A stretch of 32,000 bases of DNA from Candidatus Iainarchaeum sp. (GTDB lineage Archaea > Iainarchaeota > Iainarchaeia > Iainarchaeales > VGJJ01): contig JAUYHT010000008.1 of assembly GCA_030688545.1 (NCBI GenBank), positions 60,001 through 92,000 on the forward strand, in the 5' to 3' direction. Positions 7,387 through 15,207 of the stretch are shown here, in pieces. The notes under the pieces were generated by a model. It was given only the letters and a program-made list of their open reading frames with translations, made no database searches and was not told where the DNA came from. The translations under genes were made by a program, and so were the position numbers. Position 1 is the first letter of the stretch, and every line of letters starts with the position of its first letter.

Positions 7387-7558
7387 TCGTCTTATCCTCC
7401 AGTTTCTTCACGCCCGTGGCGCTGGAGGACTGGAGTTGAGTCACGAGGAGGAGGACCACGGCCACCACCGCGGCCATCACGATGATGAGCTCGATGGAGA
7501 CTTGAGCGCGTTGCTGGGAAAAAAAGGAGGGTTGGGGAGGTTGAAGGGGGAAAGCCAT
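7352..7558 (-). CDS. Short type IV pilin (class III signal peptide family), 68 aa
   Basis: ATG 7558: MAFPLQPPQPSFFSQQRA|QVSIELIIVMAAVVAVVLLLVTQL... is a paralogue of the three short pilins at 22170-22724. ATTTAAAC box (7582-7589) is centred about 27 nt upstream. The track start 7642 adds repeat-derived sequence. Confidence 0.7.
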   Translation of the reverse strand: MAFPLQPPQPSFFSQQRAQVSIELIIVMAAVVAVVLLLVTQLQSSSATGVKKLEDKTNDIFKQIDKIK

Positions 7559-7581
7559 GCCGGATAGATCCAGCAAAAAAG

Positions 7582-7589
7582 GTTTAAAT
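7582..7589 (-). promoter_or_regulatory. TATA box for the short pilin gene 7352-7558
   Basis: ATTTAAAC (minus strand) centred about 27 nt before ATG 7558. Confidence 0.45.
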
Positions 7590-7702
7590 CTAGGGAAAAT
7601 TTTTGGGAATCCTGGGAAAAAGATTCTTTGGGAAAAGGGCATGAATGGGCGGACTCAGGAGATATTGTCGAGAGGGGGGAGGGGATTTAAAGAATCCTTA
7701 TA

Positions 7703-8296
7703 ATGGAAACGCCCCCTCGTGATGGTATGAATACCCGGGAATTGACGGATCTCCTTATCTCCTGGATCACCCTTTCGGCGGCCTTTGCCCTGGTTTTCTC
7801 GAATGGGGGGTTTGGGTTGACGGGTTTCCTGCCCGCGCTCGCCATCTCATCCATCGCCGTGGGAACGGGGTTCCTGGTCCATGAACTGTCGCACAAGTAT
7901 GTGGCCATCCACTTTGGGGCTAAAGCGGAGTTTCGGGCCTGGAACTTGGGGTTGGCATTTGCCTTGCTGGTGGCTTTGCTCGCGCGGTTCATATTCGCTG
8001 CGCCGGGAGCGGTATATATCTATGGAAAAAACCTCACCCTGAAGGAGAATGGCCTCATTTCCCTTGCCGGGCCGGCGGCAAACATCGTCATAGGGGTCAT
8101 CGCTATTGGAATCGCCGTCGCCTATACGGGGAGCCAAATAGGGAGCGTGGCGGGATTCGTGGGGACGATCAACTTCTACCTGGCGATGTTCAACATGCTG
8201 CCCATATTCATATTGGATGGGGCGAAAGTATTCGCCTGGAGCAAGCTAGTGTGGGCGGCCGTATTTATCCCGCTGGTGATATTTCTATTCTTCTGA
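7703..8296 (+). CDS. Site-2 protease family (peptidase M50) intramembrane metalloprotease, 197 aa
   Basis: HELSHK (HExxH) inside a TM helix, plus FNMLPIFILDG (NxxPxxxLDG); polytopic hydrophobic profile. Confidence 0.9.
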   Translation: METPPRDGMNTRELTDLLISWITLSAAFALVFSNGGFGLTGFLPALAISSIAVGTGFLVHELSHKYVAIHFGAKAEFRAWNLGLAFALLVALLARFIFAAPGAVYIYGKNLTLKENGLISLAGPAANIVIGVIAIGIAVAYTGSQIGSVAGFVGTINFYLAMFNMLPIFILDGAKVFAWSKLVWAAVFIPLVIFLFF

Positions 8297-8331
8297 GGGT
8301 TTTCCATTTTTAGAGGAGGAAAGGGAAAAGC

Positions 8332-8339
8332 ATTAATTA
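8332..8339 (+). promoter_or_regulatory. TATA box for the DUF202 gene
   Basis: ATTAATTA centred about 27 nt before ATG 8363. Confidence 0.45.
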
Positions 8340-8362
8340 GGGAAGACCTTGGTGAGAGCACG

Positions 8363-8761
8363 ATGCCAAAGGTTATCCCGGAAGACTTCTCGGTGGATAT
8401 GCGAACCATCCTCGCCAAAGAACGCACCATCCTCTCCCACCAGCGCCTCCAGATCAACCTCATTGGGATAGGATTAGGATTGTTCGCCACGGGATTCACG
8501 CTCCTGCGGCTCGTTCCCACCGAAACCTTTTCATTCCGCATCATCGAGGCCGTATTCATATTTGGAGGGGGAATACTATGCACCCTGTCAGTCATGCAAT
8601 ACTATCACCTCAACAAACAGCTCAAAGAGTCCGAGGCTATCGAAGAATACCTGGCGCGGGAATTCAGGGTGGAACACATGGAGATGCCAGCGTACATCCA
8701 TAAGCATCCGGCTCGAACCAAATCCATCGGGAAAACATTCTGGGATGCATTCATGCGCTGA
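8363..8761 (+). CDS. DUF202 (YidH-like) membrane protein, 132 aa
   Basis: LAKERTILSHQRLQINLIGIGLGL matches the LAxERTxLAWxRT-type DUF202 signature, followed by TM helices. ATTAATTA box (8332-8339) is centred about 27 nt before the ATG. Confidence 0.75.
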   Translation: MPKVIPEDFSVDMRTILAKERTILSHQRLQINLIGIGLGLFATGFTLLRLVPTETFSFRIIEAVFIFGGGILCTLSVMQYYHLNKQLKESEAIEEYLAREFRVEHMEMPAYIHKHPARTKSIGKTFWDAFMR

Positions 8762-8843
8762 AAAGACATGCATGCCCGCCTATTTTATTTAAATTTTTCC
8801 TAAAAAGATCGTTTTTTTGATGAAACTTCATCGTAAACGGTGT

Positions 8844-8898
8844 TTACGATGCCCGCAAAACACCGTTTTGCTTGGTTTCCTAAAAAGTTTCTTTTGAT
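8844..8898 (+). repeat. 55-bp perfect direct repeat, copy 1
   Basis: ttacgatgcccgcaaaacaccgttttgcttggtttcctaaaaagtttcttttgat, identical to 8957-9011. Contains the palindrome gcaaaac-acc-gttttgc (8855-8871). Confidence 0.9.
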
Positions 8899-8927
8899 GA
8901 AACTTCATCGTAAACACCTTTTTTCGC

Positions 8928-8956
8928 CAACGCTTTTTCCATCGGAAAAAGGGTTG
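8928..8956. repeat. Inverted repeat/hairpin: 8+4 bp stem with one G-G mismatch and a 3-nt loop
   Basis: caac-g-ctttttcc atc ggaaaaag-g-gttg. Lies between the two 55-bp repeat copies. Confidence 0.7.
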
Positions 8957-9011
8957 TTACGATGCCCGCAAAACACCGTTTTGCTTGGTTTCCTAAAAAG
9001 TTTCTTTTGAT
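8957..9011 (+). repeat. 55-bp perfect direct repeat, copy 2
   Basis: Identical to 8844-8898 (113-nt period). Contains the palindrome at 8968-8984. Confidence 0.9.
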
Positions 9012-9052
9012 CCACTTTTTTTCTAAAAAGTTAATCTCTAGAAAAACTTGGA

Positions 9053-11497
9053 TTACCCCACATAGTTTGGCTTGAAACCGGTGGGGGAGCGGGCTTTGCG
9101 GTACTCCGCGTAGGCTTCCTGGGCTTCCGGCGCCACGGAGGAGGTGGTCTTGGCTAGGATGTCTTCGAAATGCCCTTTGGTCACAATGGGTTTGTCGGAG
9201 GACGCGCGGGCGTCAAATAGCTTAATCACGTTTTCTTTCAGGGAATAAAGGTGGGATTTAGATAGGTCTTTGACGTGGAATTTTTCCAAAAGGGAATCAT
9301 GGAGGGAATCCGAGGACAAATCCTCCACGGCCTTCTCGACATGCGCAACGAGTTCAGGAAGAGTGAGCTTCTCCTGTTCGGCTGACTCAAGATAAGCCAG
9401 AATGGCATCCCGGATGTACCAGCGACGCATCTCCTCTTGCATGGCGAGCAGAGCGGCTTCCCGGATTAATCCCGAGAGGTCGGCTCCCGAAAAGCCGGGG
9501 GTGCGCTTGGCAAGTTCGGAAGCGGAAACATTCTTGGCCACCGGGACCCCGCGTAGGTGGACTTGGAGGATGGATTCGCGCGCGCGCTCATCGGGAAGCT
9601 TGACCTCGATGATCTTGTCGATGCGGCCTGGCCGTAATAGACCTGGGTCAATGAGGTCGGGGCGGTTGGTGGCCGCGATGAAAATGACATCCTTCAATGA
9701 TTCAGCACCATCTAATTCCGTCAGGAGCTGATTGACCATGCGCTCCCCCACTCCGGAATCGCCGCCCATGCCCCGAATGGAAGCGATGGCATCAATCTCG
9801 TCAAAGAACACGATGACCGGGGCCACCTGGCGGGCTTTCTTGAAGACTTGTCGGATGCCTTTCTCACTTTCGCCAATCCATTTAGATATGAGCTCAGGCC
9901 CCTTGATAGAAATGAAATTGGCCTGGGACTCGGTGGCAATAGCCTTTGCCAATAAGGTTTTACCGGTGCCGGGAGGGCCATATAAGAGAACGCCCCGCGG
10001 GGGACGGATGCCCATTTGAGTAAACGCACTGGGCTTTTTGAGAGGCCACTCGATGGCCTGCTGTAGCTCTTTCTTCACATCCTGCAGGGAGCCGATGTCC
10101 TCCCATTTGACATTGGGAATTTCAACCATCACCTCGCGCAGCGCGGAAGGTTGGATCTCGCGCAAAGCATCCTCGAAATCCGCCTTAATCACCTGCATGC
10201 GCTCAAGCACCTCTTCTGGGATGGTTTCCTCCTGCAGATTGAAATCAGGAAGGTAGCGGCGTAACGCCTTCATAGCGGCCTCCTTGGCCAAAGCCGTCAA
10301 GTCCGCGCCCACAAAACCATAAGTGATGTTGGCGAAATGATCCAAATCCACGTCCTTCGCCAAGGGCATTCCGCGCGTATGGATCTGGAGAATTTCTTTT
10401 CGCCCTTCCTTATCAGGAACGCCTATTTCTATTTCCCGATCAAAACGACCAGGGCGACGCAGGGCTTCGTCGATGGAGTTAACGCGGTTCGTCGCGGCGA
10501 TAATAATGACATTGCCGCGCGCTTCCATCCCATCCATGAGCGAAAGAAGCTGCGCCACTACGCGACGCTCCACTTCTCCCACAACCTCTTCCCGCTTGGG
10601 GGCAATGGCATCAATCTCATCAATGAAAATAATGGAGGGAGCATTCTCATCGGCTTCCTTGAAGTACTGACGCACGCGCTCCTCCGCCTCCCCGACGAAT
10701 TTACTCATAATCGAAGGCGCCGAAACCGAAATGAAATGCGCTTGCGTCTCATTGGCTACGGCCTTGGCGAGCAAGGTTTTTCCTGTGCCGGGTGGGCCGT
10801 GCAATAACACCCCTTTCGGAGGTTCGATACCCAGTTTGCGGAATAATTCTGGGTGGCGCATGGGGAGCTCAATCATCTCGCGGACTTTGTGAACTTGGTT
10901 GCCTAATCCCCCCACATCCTCGTAGGCCACCCGAGGAACGCCCTCTATTTCCCCCTTCACGGGCTCGTCCTTGAGGATGAATTGGGTGTAATCGGTAATT
11001 TTCACTATGCCACGGGGGTTGGTTTCTACGACGCGGTAAATGAAGCCAGAGCCGAAGACGGTGATCCACACATTATCCCCTCGTGAAAGGGGGCGGCCAA
11101 TGAAGGTCTTCTTGAGGATGCGCTCGTACCCGGAAGCGATGATATGCACATCCTGAGTGGGGGCCAACACTACTTTTTGGGCTTCCTTGAATTGAGCGGG
11201 GCGGACGGAGACCTTTTCCCCCAGGTTCACCCCCGCATTATAGCGAATGAGATTATCCATGCGGATAATATCTTTTCCCTCGTCCTCGGTGCGGGCCGGC
11301 CAGACGATCGCCGCGGTCTTCTTGGAACCCTCGATCTCCACGATATCCCCGGAAGTGATAGCGAGGAGTTGTTTGGATTTGCGGTCTAGCGTGACGATGT
11401 TCCGCCCTACGTGAGTGGGAGAAGGTTCCTGCACCTTCAATACGATGGGTCGGCGTTCAGTGGCATTGGGTGCCTGAGGAGCGGGAGGGACAGCCAT
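9053..11497 (-). CDS. cdc48: Cdc48/VAT-type AAA+ ATPase (N domain + D1 + D2), 814 aa
   Basis: Two Walker A motifs [13 protein letters not shown](V/I)A and two Walker B motifs ([21 protein letters not shown]). N-domain-like [28 protein letters not shown]. About 80-aa insertion in the D2 lid (see findings). Confidence 0.97.
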   Translation of the reverse strand: MAVPPAPQAPNATERRPIVLKVQEPSPTHVGRNIVTLDRKSKQLLAITSGDIVEIEGSKKTAAIVWPARTEDEGKDIIRMDNLIRYNAGVNLGEKVSVRPAQFKEAQKVVLAPTQDVHIIASGYERILKKTFIGRPLSRGDNVWITVFGSGFIYRVVETNPRGIVKITDYTQFILKDEPVKGEIEGVPRVAYEDVGGLGNQVHKVREMIELPMRHPELFRKLGIEPPKGVLLHGPPGTGKTLLAKAVANETQAHFISVSAPSIMSKFVGEAEERVRQYFKEADENAPSIIFIDEIDAIAPKREEVVGEVERRVVAQLLSLMDGMEARGNVIIIAATNRVNSIDEALRRPGRFDREIEIGVPDKEGRKEILQIHTRGMPLAKDVDLDHFANITYGFVGADLTALAKEAAMKALRRYLPDFNLQEETIPEEVLERMQVIKADFEDALREIQPSALREVMVEIPNVKWEDIGSLQDVKKELQQAIEWPLKKPSAFTQMGIRPPRGVLLYGPPGTGKTLLAKAIATESQANFISIKGPELISKWIGESEKGIRQVFKKARQVAPVIVFFDEIDAIASIRGMGGDSGVGERMVNQLLTELDGAESLKDVIFIAATNRPDLIDPGLLRPGRIDKIIEVKLPDERARESILQVHLRGVPVAKNVSASELAKRTPGFSGADLSGLIREAALLAMQEEMRRWYIRDAILAYLESAEQEKLTLPELVAHVEKAVEDLSSDSLHDSLLEKFHVKDLSKSHLYSLKENVIKLFDARASSDKPIVTKGHFEDILAKTTSSVAPEAQEAYAEYRKARSPTGFKPNYVG

Positions 11498-11523
11498 GAC
11501 GTATTATTCTTATGAGAATAGCG

Positions 11524-11531
11524 AATATAAA
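11524..11531 (-). promoter_or_regulatory. TATA box for cdc48
   Basis: TTTATATT (minus strand) centred about 30 nt before ATG 11497, 5 nt from the NFACT gene stop. The dyad tattct-tatg-agaata (11504-11519) lies between the box and the ATG. Confidence 0.4.
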
Positions 11532-11535
11532 CCCT

Positions 11536-12345
11536 TCAATTTTCAACGGGACGCATGCTTAAAAGTCCATTGGGGAGGGTGCGAATGATGTCATCCAGGG
11601 GAGGAAGAATACCATCCCATTTTTTCCTGAGAAACGCAAGATAAGATTTAGCGACCTCGGATTTTGATTTCTCACCGGGAAGGATTTCCATAATATGATG
11701 CGCATGAGTTTGGACGGCGGTCAGGGGACCCCCCATCATGCGCGGACCATGAGAGGAGGGATGAACGCCCATGCCCATCCGGAGGAGAGGGGTATGCCAG
11801 TGGCGCTGGCCATAGATCATGAATGCCCCCTTCCCCAGGCTTTCCCCCGCAGGGGCTTTTTTGCTCACCTGCTCGGGGTAAACGGAATATACTTTTACGG
11901 AGAAAAGGCCTTTTTTCCAGATACTGGAATAGAGACCGGCGAACGATGCAGCCTCGCGGATATCTCCTTCCTGGGCGCGCAAGCGGCCTTCTTTCAACAG
12001 ACAGTGAGGCGCGCCATGCGTGTCAGCATGGAAATAAAGATCCTTTTCCTCCATGTGGCGCTTAACCAATACCTCATTGGAATGCGCATCCCTCCCGCCG
12101 ACGATAAGGAGGCCATTCGAGGTGAGACACCAGTGGAACTTCTCATACCAATCCACCTTGCGCCGGATGAGGGGTTTGGGTTTTTGTTCGACCACGGATT
12201 TTTTATCCAACAGCGCCCGCTTCTCCTCGACAAGACGTAATCCTTCCCGGGCGCCCGCGATCTTCTGTTTGAGACGTTTGGCTTTCTCGAAGAACGCAGT
12301 GGCATTGGCTTGCGCGGACTTGGAAGCGTCCAAAACGATCTTCAT
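11536..12345 (-). CDS. NFACT-R (DUF814) domain protein, truncated RqcH/Rqc2/NEMF homologue without NFACT-N, 269 aa
   Basis: WYEKFHWCLTSNGLLIVGGRDAHSNEVLVKRHMEEKDLYFHADTHGAPHCLLK is the NFACT-R core, preceded by a coiled-coil segment (NATAFFEKAKRLKQKIAGAREGL). The ATG overlaps the topA stop (ATGA at 12342-12345). Confidence 0.85.
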   Translation of the reverse strand: MKIVLDASKSAQANATAFFEKAKRLKQKIAGAREGLRLVEEKRALLDKKSVVEQKPKPLIRRKVDWYEKFHWCLTSNGLLIVGGRDAHSNEVLVKRHMEEKDLYFHADTHGAPHCLLKEGRLRAQEGDIREAASFAGLYSSIWKKGLFSVKVYSVYPEQVSKKAPAGESLGKGAFMIYGQRHWHTPLLRMGMGVHPSSHGPRMMGGPLTAVQTHAHHIMEILPGEKSKSEVAKSYLAFLRKKWDGILPPLDDIIRTLPNGLLSMRPVEN

Positions 12346-14549
12346 ACATCCTCTGGAGGGAGAGGGGATTTTTTAGGTTGCTTGCGTGAAGGTGAAGCCG
12401 AGCGGGAATGGGAAAGAGTTTTTGGGGGGGCTGAGGGTGGGGGAAATGAGGGGTTTGGGGGGGAAGGGGAAGAGGGACTTGTTTTAGGTGCGGCAGCACT
12501 AGCGAGGGCGATAGCCGCTTGCTTGCGTTTCCATTCATCCTTGGAAGGGCAATCCATGTTGAGACAAATTTCGAGCTTGAAACGAGAGCCCGTGAGAAGG
12601 ATCATGGGGGCATGGCAATGCGTACATTCCTTCTTCAGGGAGGAAAGGTTCCCTTTCTGGGGAAGAGGATAGGTCTGCGTGCAATTGGGATAGTTGGAGC
12701 AGCCGAGGAAACGTTTGCCCGTGGCGCCCGCCCGACGAATGACCAGGTTTCCCTGATCGCGGGGGCAAATGGCCAACACATCCTGGTGGATGAACGCCTT
12801 TTTCAGTTCGACGGCGATATCCATCTTGTGCTGGAGGAGTTGAGCGAGCACATCCTTCAACATCTTTCTGGAATCGTCCACCACTAGCTCCTTTTTCTTC
12901 TGCCCATCCGCGACCTGGTCCATTTCTTTCTCCAAGTCGGCCGTCATTTTGGGTTGAGTGACGATCTCGCAATGCCGCTCAAGAGAATCGATGACCGCGA
13001 ACGCTATCTGATTGGGTTCCACGCTCTTGAGGCCGGAGATGTATTTTCGGGAGTAGAGTTTTTGGATCACGGAATGACGCGTGGATTTCGTTCCGAGTCC
13101 TTGGTCCTCCATTATCTTCAACAAACCGGATTGGGAGTAGCGGGTGGGGGGAACGGTTTCTTTCTTGAGGAAATCTATTTTTTTGATGGCCACCACATCG
13201 CCCGATTTGAGAGAAGGGAGAATGACTTCCTTGAGCACTGAATAAGGATAGACGGCTTTCCACCCTGGAGAAAGAATAGTCTGCCCATTGGCGATGAAAG
13301 GTTCGTCCAGGATGGATAGTTCCACATTCATGTTTTCGGTGTGCGCGGCCTCCAGGAACGTGGCTAGGAAACGCCGGGCGATGAGATCGAAGACCTTCCA
13401 TTCCTTCTCACTCAACCGGTGGTGGGGAGGAATCTTAGTGGGGTGGATGGGGGGGTGGTCCTTGGATTCCTTGGCGCCCCCGGAAGGGGATAATGGTTTC
13501 TGGAGAATCTGGTCCACAAAAGGGATGTAGGCGGGATGCGCTTTCAATTCACCTAAGAGCTCGTGCAAATCTAAAGTATTGGGATACACTGTGTTGTCGG
13601 TGCGGGGATAGGAGATGTAGCCCTGCATGTAGAGACTTTCCGCGATGTTCATGGCTTGGCCCGCGCTCAAACCTAATACAGTGGCGGAGCGGAGGAACTG
13701 GGTGGTGTTAAAGGGCAATGGTTTGGCGATCGTGCGCTGGCGCTTGGTGACTTTCTTTACTACCCCCTGATGGGTGTTGAGGAGCTTATCATGGATGGAT
13801 TTGGCTTTCTCTTCCTCCCAGAACTTGCCTCTGGCATGGGTCGCATCGAAGGAAATGTTGTCCTTCTCGGCATGGGCGATGAGCTCCCAAAAGGGTTTGA
13901 TTTGGAAGGCCTGGCGTTCCTTCTCGCGGTTCACGATGATGGCGAGCACGGGGGTTTGCACGCGCCCCACGGAGATGAACTCTTTGCCCACGCGATTGGC
14001 CATGAGGGAAACAAAACGGGTTAGTACGGCGCCCCACACTAAATCTATTTCCCTCCGGGAATCGGCGGAATCGGATAAGTGATAATCCACGGGGGACAAC
14101 GTAGAGAAACTTTTTTGTAATTCCTTAGGGGTCATGGCGGAAAAATAGGCGCGTTCCACCTTCACGTGAGGGTTGGTCTCCTGGAGGATGCGGAGAGCCT
14201 CCACTCCAATGCTTTCCCCTTCGCGGTCCGCATCCGTGGCAATGATAACGAGCGTGGCCTTCTTTCCCATTTCCCTCAAGAGAGATGCGATGGCCGGATC
14301 AGATGGGAGGTAGTCGATGGGGGCCTGTACGAGGGTTTGAAGATCGGTGCCCTTCCAATATGAAAAACGTGGGGGAAAATTCACCTCAACGACATGGCCA
14401 CGGAGAGGGAGAACCATGTGTTCCTTCCCCTGACGGGTGAAAGAAAACGATTTTGCATGGCCGCGCTGGTTCATCTTAATCGGGGAATCTGAAAGAACCT
14501 GAGCGATGCGCTCGCCCGCGATGGACTTCTCGGCGATGATGAGAATCAT
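12342..14549 (-). CDS. topA: DNA topoisomerase, type IA (TopA/Topo III-like) with C-terminal zinc ribbons and Pro/Ser-rich tail, 735 aa
   Basis: Toprim MILIIAEKSIAG...DADREGE; active-site region QGYISYPRTDN; Cys clusters CPRDQG...CSNYPNC and CTHCHAP...CLNMDC. TATTAAAC box (14572-14579) is centred about 27 nt upstream of the ATG. Confidence 0.95.
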   Translation of the reverse strand: MILIIAEKSIAGERIAQVLSDSPIKMNQRGHAKSFSFTRQGKEHMVLPLRGHVVEVNFPPRFSYWKGTDLQTLVQAPIDYLPSDPAIASLLREMGKKATLVIIATDADREGESIGVEALRILQETNPHVKVERAYFSAMTPKELQKSFSTLSPVDYHLSDSADSRREIDLVWGAVLTRFVSLMANRVGKEFISVGRVQTPVLAIIVNREKERQAFQIKPFWELIAHAEKDNISFDATHARGKFWEEEKAKSIHDKLLNTHQGVVKKVTKRQRTIAKPLPFNTTQFLRSATVLGLSAGQAMNIAESLYMQGYISYPRTDNTVYPNTLDLHELLGELKAHPAYIPFVDQILQKPLSPSGGAKESKDHPPIHPTKIPPHHRLSEKEWKVFDLIARRFLATFLEAAHTENMNVELSILDEPFIANGQTILSPGWKAVYPYSVLKEVILPSLKSGDVVAIKKIDFLKKETVPPTRYSQSGLLKIMEDQGLGTKSTRHSVIQKLYSRKYISGLKSVEPNQIAFAVIDSLERHCEIVTQPKMTADLEKEMDQVADGQKKKELVVDDSRKMLKDVLAQLLQHKMDIAVELKKAFIHQDVLAICPRDQGNLVIRRAGATGKRFLGCSNYPNCTQTYPLPQKGNLSSLKKECTHCHAPMILLTGSRFKLEICLNMDCPSKDEWKRKQAAIALASAAAPKTSPSSPSPPNPSFPPPSAPPKTLSHSRSASPSRKQPKKSPLPPEDV
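12424..12475 (+). other. Dense G-tract cluster (G-quadruplex-prone) on the strand opposite the topA tail coding sequence
   Basis: Runs of G7, G3, G5, G4, G7, G4 and G3 separated by 1-6 nt (tttggggggg ctgagggtgg gggaaatgag gggtttgggg gggaagggga agaggg). Confidence 0.5.
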
Positions 14550-14571
14550 AGGGGAAACAAGGGAGGAATCG

Positions 14572-14579
14572 GTTTAATA
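14572..14579 (-). promoter_or_regulatory. TATA box for topA
   Basis: TATTAAAC (minus strand) centred about 27 nt before ATG 14549. Confidence 0.45.
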
Positions 14580-14649
14580 GGGGGGAGGGGAAAACTTGAA
14601 AAACACAAAAATGGGGAACATTGAGAGATAATGGAAATGGGTAATGGTT

Positions 14650-15117
14650 TCAGAACCGCTTCTGGAAAGGCAGTGCCGGGAGGGAGTGGAGTTTTTTTTC
14701 CACCACCACGGGGAGGGAATGGAGTTCCTTAATCCCATCCACGTAACCCAATTCATCCAGGAAGCGCTTGGTGTGATTCATATCGGGGCATACCGCTTTC
14801 ACCATGAAGGCATGCTCGCCCAAGAGCTCATGGAATTCGAGGATGGGTTCGAGGTCAGTGAGGCGTTTAACTATTTGTTTGTTCTTGCCTGGATCAGTCT
14901 TGAGGAGAATGAAGATGGGTTTACCGAAACCCAACGCATCTAGGTTGAGATCGGCTTTCACGGATTGAATAATCCCCTGGCGGCGTAAACGCTCGAAACG
15001 CTTCTTGATGGCCACATCCGTGAGCTTGGTCTCCCGCGCCAGCTGGGAGAACGAGGCGCGCCCATCATCGAGGAGTCGTTGAAGGATGAGGATGTCCACT
15101 TTGTCCAGGTCGCGCAT
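14650..15117 (-). CDS. Lrp/AsnC family transcriptional regulator, 155 aa
   Basis: N-terminal HTH (ILILQRLLDDGRASFSQLARETKLTDVAIKKRFERLRRQGII) plus a C-terminal AsnC/RAM-type domain. TTTTAATA box about 25 nt upstream. Confidence 0.9.
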   Translation of the reverse strand: MRDLDKVDILILQRLLDDGRASFSQLARETKLTDVAIKKRFERLRRQGIIQSVKADLNLDALGFGKPIFILLKTDPGKNKQIVKRLTDLEPILEFHELLGEHAFMVKAVCPDMNHTKRFLDELGYVDGIKELHSLPVVVEKKLHSLPALPFQKRF

Positions 15118-15138
15118 GCTCCATAAAGGGGAGTGGGC

Positions 15139-15146
15139 TATTAAAA
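15139..15146 (-). promoter_or_regulatory. TATA box for the Lrp/AsnC gene
   Basis: TTTTAATA (minus strand) centred about 25 nt before ATG 15117. Confidence 0.45.
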
Positions 15147-15147
15147 T

Positions 15148-15164
15148 GGTTCGGAATTCGAACC
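15148..15164. promoter_or_regulatory. Palindrome abutting the Lrp/AsnC TATA box (candidate operator)
   Basis: ggttcg-gaatt-cgaacc has 6-bp arms. It lies immediately upstream (BRE side) of the Lrp TATA box, within the divergent spacer shared with the PP-loop gene. Confidence 0.35.
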
Positions 15165-15199
15165 CCTTTTGAGAGGTGAGTAAAACGGGCTGGGAGGGC

Positions 15200-15207
15200 C
15201 TAAAAAA
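15200..15207 (+). promoter_or_regulatory. TATA-like box for the PP-loop gene
   Basis: CTAAAAAA centred about 27 nt before ATG 15231. Confidence 0.35.

Larger units (their letters stand above)
8794..9036 (+). repeat. Array of four sense copies of the motif TTTCC(T)AAAAAG-N-T-run-GAT in an A/T-rich 290-bp spacer between convergent genes
   Basis: Copies at 8794-8821 (tttttcctaaaaagatcgtttttttgat), 8876-8898 and 8989-9011 (tttcctaaaaagtttcttttgat), and 9016-9036 (tttttttctaaaaagttaatc). The same family occurs inverted at 19917-20003. Confidence 0.8.

Noticed and set aside
8817-8901. C/D-box sRNA suggested by UGAUGA boxes at 8818-8823 and 8895-8900
   Set aside because: No CUGA D or D' box at the expected distance, and no terminal stem. 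The UGAUGA is part of the gatgaa/ttcatc dyad.
8794-9036. CRISPR-like array
   Set aside because: Repeat spacing is irregular (80, 113 and 30 nt). The intervening spacers are themselves duplicated, the repeats are short and A/T-rich, and no cas genes are present.
9053-9064. HbYX proteasome-docking motif at the Cdc48 C-terminus
   Set aside because: The sequence ends ...PNYVG. The Tyr is third from the end rather than penultimate, so the canonical motif is not present.
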